Shown here: piece by piece, positions 38,141 to 51,238 of the stretch | Numbering within the stretch: position 1 is the stretch's first letter | Layout: each line of letters begins with the position of its first letter | NCBI RefSeq assembly: GCF_001194135.2 | Contig: NC_068999.1 | Span: 45,396,562-45,460,561 of the forward strand | Direction of reading: 5' to 3' | Length of the DNA: 64,000 nt | Origin: Octopus bimaculoides | Lineage: Eukaryota | Translations under genes and position numbers: made by a program | The notes under the pieces: model-generated | The model's database searches: none | Told to the model about the DNA's origin: nothing | What the model saw: the letters and a program-made list of their open reading frames with translations, nothing else

Positions 38141-38904
38141 AGATGATATCTTCAAACTCCACACAGTTATTAAGCATAAAGAAAGATAAAATATATCATA
38201 CCTGTTACACACTGAAAAACGAAAAAAAAAAGACAGGTACAGCTTTCATGTCCAACACAACATACCTTCTCCTCTTCTTTCTTCAGTTACTGTTCACTTG
38301 TTTTTCAGATTCCATTCACAAAAGAAAGCCATTTATTTCATTGATAATCTGAAAATCCTGTGCTTTTATATTAATCCATTGACAGTGGGTTTCCCTTTTA
38401 CTTGTTGTTGTCGCTTACTATTTCAGATTCTACTTTCACTTTTCAAATTGGATAACCCTTCAGTTCTACTTGAAGTTATTCACTGAATCCACCCTTTGAC
38501 TCCTTTATCCATGTTGTGTTTCTTTCCCTCAAAGTTGTGCACCAAACATGTGATGTCAGTAAACACTAATTTTCCGATTCCTCAAAGCAGGCATTGACAG
38601 AATTCTCGCATTCTGACTAAAGGGATCCTTTGCATAACATGACCTCTGTTTATTCTTCTATCTTTGCATGTGTGACGATGGGTTGTTTCCTTGAAGCTGT
38701 TGCTTTCACAGTTGGATGGCCTTGTTAACAACTGAAACACGAAACAGAAGAAGAACCTGTCTTGTGTGTCAGGCTAACTTTCTTTGTCTTCTTTATTTTT
38801 TTCCGAATTTATTCAATTAGATGAGGAGAAACATAGTGTCCAATGTTTACTGGTCCTTTATCATATGCAATGCATTTTTATTTGTGTTGTTTTGAATTCA
38901 TTAC

Positions 38905-39250
38905 GTTATAGTTCCAGGTTCAGTCCCACAGCATGGCACTTTGGACAAGTGTCTTCTACTAGAGCCATGGGCTGACCAAAACCTTGTGAGTGGATTTGGT
39001 AGATGGAAACTTAAAAAAAGCCCACATCTATACACGTGTGTGTGCGTGTGTGTGTGTCCTCCATCACCACTTGACAGTTGGATTTGGTTCGTCTATACGT
39101 CTGTAACTTAGTGGTTCAACAAAAGAGATGAACAGAATAAGTACCAGGCTTTAAAAAAAGTGTTATGTTGATTAGTTTGTCTATAACCCCTTCAAGGCAT
39201 TGCCCCAGCTTGGCCACAGTCAAACGACTGAAACAAGCAAGACATAAAAG
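38905..39250 (+). mobile_element. SINE family C
   Basis: CCAGGTTCAGTCCCAC..CACTTTGGACAAGTGTCTTCTAC..GACTGAAACAAG. Confidence 0.8.
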
Positions 39251-40366
39251 ATATCTTGTAGCTTTGAGGTTTCGGTGATGAGATTGTTTATTTTTAGAAT
39301 GACATTGTAGGGTCAGCATGAGAAGCCTGACCAGGTCAGTTTGACCATAAAACAAGTAGAATATTTAGAGTTGATCTGTCCGGTTTGAATATTAAAGGGT
39401 TAACCCTCACAGCTTTGATGTCCTGAAAATCTTTTCTACATCACAATTTTAATCCCAAACATTAACCATTCTCAACTTGAGAATGGTTAATGTAGAGAAT
39501 GGTGATGAGCGTGAGATTTAGTATTTAACAATGGTGTAGTGGAGACGGACAATTGATGGTGGTGATGATGATGAGGAGGAGGAAGAGGAATTATATAAAA
39601 TAGTAATTATATCAGATAGCCTCGGGCGGAGGTGCTATGCAACTTGTAACTTCCGAAGAGTAAAACTGCTGTATTTGTAAAAAAAAAAAAAAAGGNNNNN
39701 NNNNNNNNNNNNNAAAAAAAAAAAAACAGCACATCTCTGAATGGTGGTGTACATCTTTGCAAATTAGTCACATATTCCCTTCTTTTTTTAATGCTATCTC
39801 AGATATATGTGTGTGTGTGTGTGTGTGTGTAGCACCTTAATATCTTATCCATTGTACTTTGTGAAACAAGAATAATAAAAACTAGTTATGAGACACACAT
39901 AATATTACTATCTCTCTGTAAAATTGGTTTTGTGAAGCAATGAAACCTATACAAGCATAGCCAAGTACCCTTTTCTTCATTATTTTATAATGTTTTCTTT
40001 CATTTTTTTTTTTGTTTTTTTTTTATTGGCTGTGCGATACAATGGAGTTATCTTGTATATTTTATATCACTATGTAATACAGCAATAATTTTTGTGATGT
40101 ATTTCGGTTTTATTGCTCTGTAGTTTTGCTATTGTGTGTACCATCGGTTGTCCATCTCTTGTTCCATTGTATTTGCTTATTTAATACAATACTCGCAGTT
40201 ATATACAAAGTTTCATGAAAGTATGCCATATACTAGATTCCATCTTATTATGCACTATATGTTTCCACCGTATTATACACACACACACACACTGCACTAT
40301 AATTTTATATTTTAGTTACGCAGTATTTATCACTATGTGGTATTAGTAATATGCAGTAGATACCGA

Positions 40367-40685
40367 AAGCATGTGGCTTTGTGGTTAGGATACTCAGCTT
40401 GTGACCAAATGGTCATGAGTTCAATTCCAGGTGGTATGTTCTGTCTTTGAGCAAGACACTTCATTTCACGTTACTTCATTCCACTCAGCTGGCAAAAGCA
40501 AAAATGAGTTGTACCTGTAATTCAAAGGGACCAGCCTTGTCACATTCTATATGACATTGAATCTCCCTGAGAACTACATAAAGTGTACATGTGTCTGAGG
40601 AGCACTCAACCACTTGCATGTTGATTACACGAGCAGGCTGTTCCGTTGATTGGACCAATCGAAACCCTCGTCGCCATAACTGCAA
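40367..40685 (+). mobile_element. SINE family B, near full length
   Basis: TGTGGCTTTGTGGTTAGG..GAGTTCAATTCC..CTTTGAGCAAGACACTT..CCCTCGTCGCC. Confidence 0.8.
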
Positions 40686-40786
40686 TTATTTTTCTAGTTT
40701 CTGTAACCAATAATATGACTCTGATTGTTACAGGAAGAAAGTGAGACTGTGTGGTGTTCATGACTTTTCCATGGCTTTCTTTAGAC

Positions 40787-41061
40787 CAATAGTTCCCAAA
40801 CATTTTCAGGCTGCAGCCCCCTTGGTTCTTAACCCCCCCCCCACCACCAACTGACCATCACAGACCAATTTCTGCAGCAAATTCTAAACAACAGTATTTC
40901 CCAAATAATTCTTGACCTAATTAACCCTTTATTTAAAAAATTTTTTTTTTACATCCATTTCCCCATTTAGTCACCCCATTATCGCCCCATTTTTCTTCGA
41001 CGTGCCCCTGAATTCCCCCCCCCCCCAAGCGGAGCGGTACTGCCCACTTTGGGAACCATTG
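40787..41061. mobile_element. hAT (Charlie-like) MITE with perfect 8-bp TSD
   Basis: TIRs CAATAGTTCCCAAAC / CTTTGGGAACCATTG; CTTTAGAC at 40779-40786 and 41062-41069. Confidence 0.88.
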
Positions 41062-41629
41062 CTTTAGACTATTAACAATGTGTTATGAAATAACAACAAC
41101 TGGAATTGGTAAAATGTGTCACAGACTTGGTTTACCAAACTATTATCCGTGTTTTATTTTATTTACATGAGCCAACAAGGTAGCAAGTTAGCCACTATGA
41201 AACTTGATTGATTTGTTAGAAAGAGCAGTCAAATCTTCCCTTAAATCACACCCCCACTGTCTTAACTCTTTAGCATTTAAATTGGTCAGATCCAGCCCAA
41301 ATATTCTTCCTGTTTCTTGTTCAAACTGGCCACCACCCCGATGGCTGTGTTGCAGTTATTCTCTTAGTAGAACTTTGGTGATCCTGACCGTTGATCTTCT
41401 GGGATTCCTCAGCTCAGCATCGATATAAGAAACACTGCTGGCTCAGTTGAGCTCTTTTACAACCTCTTCACCATCTGCCATGCTGCAGTCCCATGACTTT
41501 GCCATGTTCCTGGCAGGGTGGGCACAGTCGTTACTCCATAAAGTATTTTCGAATTACACCCCCTACCCACCACACACTCACATATTTATATTAATCAAAG
41601 GAATTCCAACTTTGACCAAGCCAACATTC

Positions 41630-41775
41630 TCCCACTCTTGGTCGAAAGGTGGAGTGGAGCATCGTGAAATGTAGTGTTTTGCTCAAGAACACAACGCGTT
41701 ACCCGGTCCAGGAATTGAAACTACAATCTTACGATCATGAGTCCAGCACCCTAACCACTAAGCCATGCGCTTCCA
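41630..41775 (-). mobile_element. SINE family B 5' part
   Basis: TGCTCAAGAACACAACGCG..GGAATTGAAAC..CCCTAACCACTAAGCCA. Confidence 0.75.
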
Positions 41776-41810
41776 CTATTGTGAACTTGCCATTACTTGA
41801 ATGTGCTTTT

Positions 41811-42050
41811 ATATATAATTCTTTATTGCCCACAAGGGACTAAACATAGAGGGGACAAACAAAGACAGACAAAGGGATTAAGTTGATTACATCGACCCCA
41901 GTACACAACTGGTACTTAATTTATCGACTCTGAAAGGATGAAAGGCAAAGTCGACCTCGGCGGAATTTGAATTCAGAACATAGCGGCAGACGAAATACTA
42001 CTAAGCATTTCGCCCGGCGTGCTAACGATTCTGCCAGCACCTCACCGCCT
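41811..42050 (-). mobile_element. SINE family A, full length
   Basis: Closely matches 22078-22319. Confidence 0.85.
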
Positions 42051-42140
42051 TGTGCTTTTATATAGTGTCATGCTATTCAGTTACTTGATTTGCTTTAAAT
42101 AGCAGCCAAATCTATTCAAAATCTCACTGCGCTCCTTTAA

Positions 42141-42366
42141 CCTGTTTGATATTGGCTCACCTGTGACTGCACCTGGTTCCATGATACAAACTTCCTTCTG
42201 TTAAAGGGATCTTATCTTATAAATCTAAAATCATCTTTTAAGATTTCGTATTAATTCATATTCCAAACACCAAGTTAACAAGGAAGTTATTTAGATAAAT
42301 TCATTATTTTCAAAATTAATTGAAAGAAAGGGAGTGCAATCAAAAAGAAATATGGTAAGAAAAGGG
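42141..42366. mobile_element. piggyBac-type MITE, diverged
   Basis: TTAA-bounded, right end GTAAGAAAAGGG|TTAA. Confidence 0.6.
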
Positions 42367-43163
42367 TTAACGAGAGAAAGACCCATTAGCTAATGAATCT
42401 TTGATTAAATACCCATGAAATGTCAGTGGTGGTTATGGCCGAAATATCTTTTGATCATAATTCTGCTGGATCAAGTTTGACCTCGGGCTAAACAACATCT
42501 CATTTAATTAGGATTTACATATGCCCCTACCTGGTCATTCAGCTTGCTAGAAATAGCAGCTAAATCTTCCTCAAATAAACCCCCTACTGTTTTTGTTTTT
42601 TTTTAAAGTAGACACAGAAGTCCATGATATATTAACTCTGAAGTATAAATCAGGATGGTCATGACTGGAATGTCTCTCATCATAGATCTGCTCAATCAGG
42701 TTCATCCTGTGTTGATAAACAGCATTAAGTCAGCTACACCATTACATTAATTAAATTGCTGTATTGCAGAAATGTTATACACGGAGATATTGTACCTGCA
42801 ATACTGTAATGTATGTCATTATGCATGTGATATTATTATACATTCTATGTGATATTGATATTCTATATTATACAATGTTATCGACTATATTATAACTGTG
42901 CACTACAGTAGTCCACTGCGTGAGGCTGCAACAGTTTTATATAGATTCTCACATTTATAACAGTCAGCTGTGTGATATCCACAATGCATGTGAGAGACCT
43001 CCTGTAGGTTTCTCTTCTATCTATCAATCTATCTATCTATCTATCTATCTATCTATATGTCTGTCTGTATATTTATATATATATGTGTGTGTGTGTGTGT
43101 GTATATATATATACATCTATTTATCTACGTATCTGTATATATATGTGTGTGTGTGCGTATATA

Positions 43164-43245
<82 letters not shown>

Positions 43246-44214
43246 AATATTAGGGACAAAATCCAAAATTACAGGTAAAAAACTCAATTAAAATCAATTT
43301 ATAAAAAATTAAATTAAATTGAGCCTTATAGATAAAGTATATATAAAATATATATATATATATGTATGTATATATATATATACATCATCATCATCATCAT
43401 CATATATATATATACATATGTATATGTGTGTGTGTGTGTATGTGTGTATATATATGTATATATATGTATATGTACACACACACACATACATATATACATA
43501 CATATATGTATTTATATATATCTACATATATAAAAATCCAGGTGGATATCAATCAGACTCCATTGAATGCAGGTAGAATACACATCCAAGATAATTCCTC
43601 TTGTATGACAAGGAGATCCAAATATCATTTAGAAGAATTAAATTTGTTAATGCAACAGAGACAATTGTCGGCTTTGTAAGGCGAATTCAATAATTGAAGA
43701 CAAGATTTTCTCTTTATGTATTTTTGTTACATGTGTGTGTGTGTGTGTGTGTGTATGAATATAAGTTCATTGGTTTTAAATATTACTGGAGTATTCTTAA
43801 CCCTTACCCAAATCTCAGAAATGCATTTGTTATTCCGCATGGCTCTGAAGGTGTGAACTGAGCACAAATGCACACACTCACACACACACACGCACGCGCA
43901 TGCACACATCTTCATCATTTTTTATGCCATGTTTTTCCATGCTCACATTCATTGGACAGGGTCTTCTCTAAAACAGCTTCTCAACACTTGGTCTTGGGTT
44001 CTTTGTTGTCTCTTTTCCGAGGTTCAGTATTCTAAGAATATGACTTCTTCATACGCCCCTCCCCCCTTGGTCCTCCTCTTCTGAAGATTCCTTCTACATG
44101 GATCTCTTGGTATTTCTTAATCCTGCAGTCATCTTCCATGCACACCACGTGTTCATACACACCACATGTTCATACACACCACATGCTCAAACCAGCATCT
44201 GTCTCCTTTTGGGG

Positions 44215-44389
44215 CTGAATAATAATAATGATAATAATAATTATAACATTGAAGAATACCTTAGGAATGAGAACCCAAGTTTGAAATTTCCCCAAGACAC
44301 CTGAAAAAGGCTGAAGGGTATATCAGCTGAAACTTTGTGTTAACAACAAACAAGATGAGGACAAATATCCATCAAATGTAAATAATGTA
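44215..44389 (+). mobile_element. Family E element, solo, 5'-truncated, untailed
   Basis: CTGAATAATAAT...GAGAACCCAAG...GACACCTGAAAAAGGCTG...ATGTAAATAATGTA; hammerhead core mutated. Confidence 0.8.
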
Positions 44390-44904
44390 AATAATATCAT
44401 ACAATTTACCCTTTAACTTTTCCCACCTTGCTCTTACTCTGGTTACTGTGTTTTTTTCAGAACACCTAACCACAACGCTAATCAGAATGTATAAGAGAAA
44501 CTACGAACTGCTCCTGGGGAGCTCTCTGAAACTATAAAAGAATTTTTATTGGTACCCTCACAACTAACTTATTCTTCCATACCTTCTTCAAAGTACCTTA
44601 TTTTCTCACTGTAATGTTGCTATCCGTCTGAATATGCTTGAGGCAAATTTGAACTGGGGAACAAGCTCTTCAGTCATGGAAAATATATCTCTTCAATCAG
44701 CTCCGTGACAAAATGCAGTGAGTAACCTTGTTCCTCGGTTCGAATCTCCCTCAAGCATATTCAGATTGATAATAACATTGCAATTTTACGTAACATTGTT
44801 TAGCACGCATTCTCTGTAACTTCTTTTCTCAGTATGTTTATGACTCGACAATATCTCTCATACATCCAGAGTTTACATTGACTGCATAATATGGATTTTC
44901 TAAT

Positions 44905-45203
44905 CTACTCTGTTCTTGCATATTGAACATGGTCACTCGCCGGATGGCAGCATGAGTCCTGTCTTATTTCCTGTTCACTAAAACTTTTGTCTTTGTTAGA
45001 TTTCTTTGATGGCCTTTTCATTTTAGGCTTTTGTTTCCATGTCTGGAATGTCTTCTCTAATTCTTCAACAAATTCAGATATGAAAATTATGTCATTAATG
45101 TACAGCAGCTTCAATGGATGCCTGGTAGTCTTAAACTCTTTGGTTGCACTTTGGAAAATTATAACAGGAAGGGGATGAGGACTGAGTCCTTGTGAACACC
45201 TAC
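44905..45203 (-). pseudogene. Decayed RTE-clade LINE reverse transcriptase fragment
   Basis: Frameshifted translation VGVHKDSVL..KEFKTT..KLLYINDIIFISEFVEELEKTFQTWKQ resembles the RTE RT region GVHQGSVLSP..ELLYADDLVL..EELEKKFQ.WKQ. Confidence 0.7.
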
Positions 45204-45284
45204 GTCATCATCATGTATGTATGTTTGTATGTATGTATGTATGTATAAATATTAATAATAATATTTTATAATCTTAAAGCTTAT

Positions 45285-45435
45285 AAGCATATCACCGTGC
45301 ATTGACTCAGGTAAACAGTCTAATATCAGGGCCTATAAAGCCCTCAACGGAAAAACATTAGGGTTTGCTGTACGCATGGGACACAAACCCACACCTTTAT
45401 GTATTTGCTACAAATGTGCAACCATTACACTAACC
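45285..45435 (-). mobile_element. Degenerate tRNA-derived SINE-like fragment
   Basis: Reverse complement starts GTTAGTGTAATGGTTGCAC..GGTGTGGGTTTGTGTCCC (weak A/B boxes). Confidence 0.35.
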
Positions 45436-46295
45436 TACATTACACACACACACTGTATTATCAATATATTTCTGCTGTTCAATTAGCATAATTGGTCTTT
45501 GTGCACTACAAGATGGAGTATTTTAACGCATCACATCATTTTTCTGTTCCTTCCCTCGTCTCTTTTAAATATTCTGCTGCTTTAAAACATCTGATAAAAC
45601 AATTGAAATATGTTCATATTAGTTGATATACATNNNNNNNNNNNNNNNNNNNNNNNNNNNNNNNNNNNNNNNNNNNNNNNNNNNNNNNNNNNNNNNNNNN
45701 NNNNNNNNNNNNNNNNNNNNNNNNNNNNNNNNNCATCTCCAAAGTTACATGAACTCAACTTCTGGCACTGAAGAAGGTCAAAAGGCAATGTGTTTCTTTC
45801 TGAATAAACCATTGAAAGAATATTGATGGGTTTCCTTTATCCAGCTTTGCTATTAACATGCAGCTGTAAACAATAATTACAGAACACAAATATTTATGTC
45901 TAGATTTGCAGGCTTGCCTCGTCATGTGACTTCCTTTTGGGTGTCTGTGTTGCTTTTCAGATAAACATTTTTTATTCTGAATATTAAAGCCGAGTGGAAC
46001 TAGTTTAAATGGAAAAATCTTGTTTAGTCTTCACAATGTGTGTATGACAAGATTCATTATTAAATTTGATAAATGAGTTTGTAAACGTATAACTGTGAAT
46101 GTAAACGTATTAGTTTTGCTGTATTTCAATAATGCTGAGAAAGAAATTGTTTGAAATAATTATTAACAAGTTAAGGAATAGACAGCTAGTTAATTAACAT
46201 CATTTTAGAGCGTTTTCAAAAGTTTGTCATTTCAACAATTATTGGTCTTTTTTTTTTTCTTATATATATATTTTTTTATAACTGTTTGTTGGTGT

Positions 46296-46610
46296 CATAT
46301 AAGAGGCACCTGTGCCGGTGTCTCATAAAAGTACATATGTTGGTGCCATAAACAAAAGCACCCATGCTGGTGCCATATATAAAGGACCTCTGCTGGATCC
46401 AGGCTTAAAGCACCTATGCTTGTGCCACGTAAAAAGTACGAAGTACACACTGTAGAGTGGTTGGCATGAGGAAGGGCATCCAGCTGTAGAAACCATGGCA
46501 AAACAGATGATTGGAGCCAGGTGCAGCTCTCTGTCTTGCCAGTTCCTGTCAAACCATCCAATCCATACCAGCATTAAAAAAACACATTAAATGATGACAA
46601 CGATGGTGAT
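46296..46610 (+). mobile_element. RTE-type 3' tail repeat (family D)
   Basis: GCCACGTAAAAAG..GGTTGGCATGAGGAAGGGCATCCAGCTGTAGAAACC..ATTAAATGATGAC. Confidence 0.75.
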
Positions 46611-46774
46611 TCCTGAGTTACATGTTTTTTTTTATTTGTTTCGCTCCATACCGATTATGGGGCCCCAGCAAAAGATCTCTATCTGTCTTGATCATTAGCA
46701 ATAAATTACAGTTGTCCCTGGGTGTAGCCACCTGCCAGTACTTCAGTTTCTGTGGGTCTTTTCCCTGTGTTTGG

Positions 46775-46900
46775 TCTATTGTACTTTTGTGTCTCTAGGG
46801 CTCCAGTTTTGAACATGGCCCTGGCATTCCATGTTCCCAGCCATTGGTGTTTCCATAGTAATGTAGTAAATTGATAGTACAGGGTTGCTAACCCATTGCC
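46775..46900 (-). pseudogene. Decayed RTE LINE 5' end / APE endonuclease N-terminus
   Basis: Minus-strand frame LGTWNARAMFKTGALE fits the APE first motif (GTWNVR). Confidence 0.6.
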
Positions 46901-47146
46901 TACCCCCCTCCTCCTTTCTCAACCTGACTTGGGACTCGCTTTCACAGAGTTACCCAGTTACTCACTGATAACTAATTAATTAATTACTCATTGTGGATTA
47001 AGAAAATGTAAAACATATATGGCAATTGTTCTCATTCTTTTGCTCCAAGTGCCAAGTCAACCTTGACAGGGCTGCCATGACCATCCCATCTTTGTAGTTG
47101 TGTGCAGTAAGGACTGCATTATCTAATGCATTCTTTCCTTACTTAA

Positions 47147-47340
47147 CCCTTTTGTCAACAACATTTCTGTTGCAAAAACATTCCTTTTGCATTCAATTAA
47201 TTTTGTAAATAACAAAGCATGTTTTCGAAATGACATTGTATTATTAAGCTTGTGTTTAGAGCCTAAAACCTTATTTTTTGAAAGGTCTAAATTCATATCT
47301 CTTTGAGACACAGAACAAAGAACGGTTGGTATCATAAGGA
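47147..47340. mobile_element. piggyBac-type MITE, diverged
   Basis: TTAA|CCCTTTTGTCAAC ... GGTATCATAAGGA|TTAA. Confidence 0.6.
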
Positions 47341-47824
47341 TTAAAGATGCTTGTTTGAAATATTTGGCTGCTGTTTTTTAGCATGTTTTGCAACCATGTA
47401 GAGGTTCCATTGTTGGTTCACGTATAGTATATCATTCTTAAAAATAACAATGCAAATAGAAATTATTATTATTATTATCATCATCATCATCATCATCATC
47501 ATTACTTAAATGTTCAACATTTGGTAGATTGGGGCAAATTTCTACTGCATCACCTGCTTACACCTCCATGTTGCTAGGGTGTGTGCAGCGTTATCTGTTC
47601 CTTTCTGCTGTTGAGTGGGTGCAAACTTTTCCCGGTACTCTATTGTGTTAGATTTTTTTTCTTTCCTCTTGAGGTGTGATGCAGTCTTTTGTTGTGTTAC
47701 TACTTGTATTGTGTGTCAGGTGTGCAATGCATTGGTTATCTAACTTGCTGGTGGAAGTTTATGTCACTGGGTAAGTGCTGTATAGAGTGTGTCTTGTGTT
47801 TGTGGGTTGTTTGTGTAGGTCGTA

Positions 47825-47858
<34 letters not shown>

Positions 47859-48442
47859 GTTTAGTGGTAGATATTACACCTCCAGCTGCTCAAAATGGAG
47901 AACACCATCCTCACATCAGATTAAATGCCTCTCTCCTCCCCACAGAGATCTATGCATTCACAAATAAATACTTAAAAAAAAAAAAACTCTGTAATATACC
48001 TTTGATAAAACATATTGAAAATACCGAAATAACACAAAATTACTGAGATATCATCAGCAAAGTGAGATAGAAAAGAATTTTTGAATTTAAGAAGCAGAAT
48101 AGGAAACTAATAGGAAAAAAAAAAAGAATACAGCATGTTTGCATTCTCCATAAAATTTGCTTTGAAGTCGGAAACTCACCTAGATAAAATGGATATACGT
48201 ATTCAAGTACAAGTGTGTGGGCTTGTGTACGAGTTGATTGGTTGTGTGGTTGTATGGTTACAAAGTTAGCTTTGCAACCGTGTGTTTTTGGGTGCAATCC
48301 CACTGAGCAGCCGGTTTGGCATGTTGTAGCTTCTCGTTAGCTAAACACTGGAATTTAGATGGAAACTGTGAGGAAGCCTGTTGCATATATATATTCATGT
48401 ATGTTGTTTGTGCGCATGTATGTTTATTATTTATTTTTTTAA

Positions 48443-48691
48443 TCTTTTATCTTTGTTTCAGCTATTAGACTGCGGCCATGCTGCAGCACCACCTTGAAGA
48501 ATTTTTTTTAGTTGAATGAATCAACCCCAGTACTTTTTACCCCTTTAACGCCTGGTCCTTATTCTATCAGTCTCTTTTGCTGAACTGCTAAGCTGTGGGA
48601 ACATAAACACACCAACACTGGTTGTCAAGCGGTGGTGGAAGACAAACACACACACACACACACACACAAACATACACACATGTGTATATGC

Positions 48692-48732
<41 letters not shown>

Positions 48733-48900
48733 TATACACATACAAGCTTCTTTTAGTTTTCATCTAAAAAAATCCACTCACAAGGCTTTGAACAGCCTGA
48801 GATTATGTTATGGTAGAAGTCACTTGCCGAAAGTGCCATGCAGCGGTATTGAACCTGGAGCCATGTGGTTGGGAAACAAGCTTCTTACCACACAGCTATG
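48443..48900 (-). mobile_element. SINE family C, full length with expanded internal microsatellite
   Basis: Same order of blocks as 15186-15568. Confidence 0.85.
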
Positions 48901-50292
48901 CTGCATCTGTGGTTATTATCCAACCATATCATTGTTAGGGTGGCAGGTTGCGCTAATAAGTGTACCAGCTTGCCACCCGAGCAATAATAATAGTAATGAT
49001 AAATATTGAATTATTAACGATGACTATACAATATGGTGAGTACTTCACGAAAACTATTATGGTACTCCACTTTCAATTATATATTCTTTTCCTTTTACCC
49101 TCTTCCACCTGTTCAGATACACAAAACTGAAGGTTCAAACTATTAATGAATGATAAAAAATGTGCTGGTTCTATAAGCAAAAATATATTTGAAATTACAT
49201 GACAATATGATCGGTTGCCATATAATGTTGGAAAATAGGTCACATATTTATCTATTTATTCATCTCCAAAGCATTCACCATTTTGTATGAATGCATGTAT
49301 GTGTGTGTATATGTGTGCCTGTGTGTTCATGCATGCATTTGTATGGAGTTTACAAATCAACAAAGCATTTGCAAATATTAACCCATTTGATTCCAACCCG
49401 CATGAGACCACCTCTGGTTCTAAGATACAAATTTCCTGTTTGGAAATTACAGCAATCAAAATTAAAACCTTCCATTAAAATTCTGTATTAATTTATATTC
49501 CAAACTGCATTTTAATAATGATAGGCGTTTTACCGAATTCTATATTATTATTGAAATTAATTGAAACAAAGGCAGTGTATTTCTGTAGAATTATGGTAAT
49601 AAAAGAGACAAAAATACAAGTTGGAATGGAAAAGTTTATAGTATTTTTACTAGTTTTCGTGCTCCTTTCGGCAAGTACTGACATATTCCTGTTGTCTACC
49701 AGCAGGAATTAAAGTGGAATTTCATGTTAGCATCAATTGATTGCGACTGGAAAATAATTGTCACAAAATCACAGCAGCTGACAGATGATCATGTGTCAAG
49801 AATAATGGTAGTCTTCATGTTGGTCTTCCCTGCTGTATCCTGGAGACAGATTAATGGGCAGGAATTTTTAGGGCCTAAAGTTAGTGGAATCTTGATTTGG
49901 ACTGTTGTGGTAATGGTTCCAGCCTTTCTAGATCTGTCAAACCCACATATTGCCCTTGGATAGTGAATGATTCACACCACACCACCTACCTGTGGTTGTG
50001 CATCAGGGGTTAGGGTGGAGTATTGACTGAAGAACTGCATGTAGAAACACTTGTTCTGTTTCCAGTCTTGTGCAAGAACTTGTTAATCTCTAGATTATGA
50101 GGTATAATTCTGATGACGATGATGATGGTGGTAGTGGTGGTGGTGGTGGTGGCGGCGGTGGTGATGATGGTGATGGTGATAGTGATGATGGTGATGATGA
50201 CAATGACAGTGACTACAACATTGATGATGCTATTGTCACACATAAGTACAGACACACACAAGTTTCCATGGCTACATAAATATACATCATTC

Positions 50293-50396
<104 letters not shown>

Positions 50397-51177
50397 TAGA
50401 TAGATATACATAGATATAGATAGATATATTCATGTGTGTGTGTGGGTCCTGTGCAAATTTTAAATTATTTAAGTACTATAAACGTATACCCTTTGTTGTT
50501 CATTTTTAGATGATATTTGAAGGTTTTTACCATTTCTAAGATTTACTTTGAATGTCATAATCAGCGGCATCATGATCATGATCATCATCATCATCATCAT
50601 AAGCAGCAGCAGCAGCAGCAGCAGCAGCTTTACATTTCTCTCATCTCCACATTCATTTGAAGTGAACACAAACAGAAAATATCCTTGATTGTTTATCCAT
50701 ACAACTGGCACCAACAAGTTTTTACCATTTTTCCCGTTCCTCAGATCTTTGGAAAAATAACAAAACACAGCAAATTACTCACACACACACACATACACGT
50801 GTGTGTATATAAATACATATAAACTGATGTTAAAAACAAAGGCAAAAGAGAAATTGGAGGAAATCTTTGGATAAGACACATGGCAACCAATTTGGGTTTT
50901 CTGTTTGGCTCGGTTCCTATTTCCAGGAATTATGCTATCAAGTTCACTTTTGCAAAAAAGTACTTTTCAATGTTGTTATGGATGCTGTTTGCATCTTCTA
51001 CTTTTGGGAATTGAATCTTGGTTGGGTTTTCATGGGCATTACTGTTGTTATTACCAATTCTTTAGAGATTAAACATTTCATTCCTCTTTAAATACTAATT
51101 GTTAGTATTTGGTGATAGAACTGTGTGGGTTTTGAGTCTCTTCTGTTTGCACTGTAAGCATCTTATTCAAACTGCTA

Positions 51178-51238
<61 letters not shown>

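Noticed and set aside
36243-38189. 648-aa Asp-rich / Gly-rich ORF
   Set aside because: Trinucleotide microsatellites bridged by an N-gap; several frames and both strands are open.
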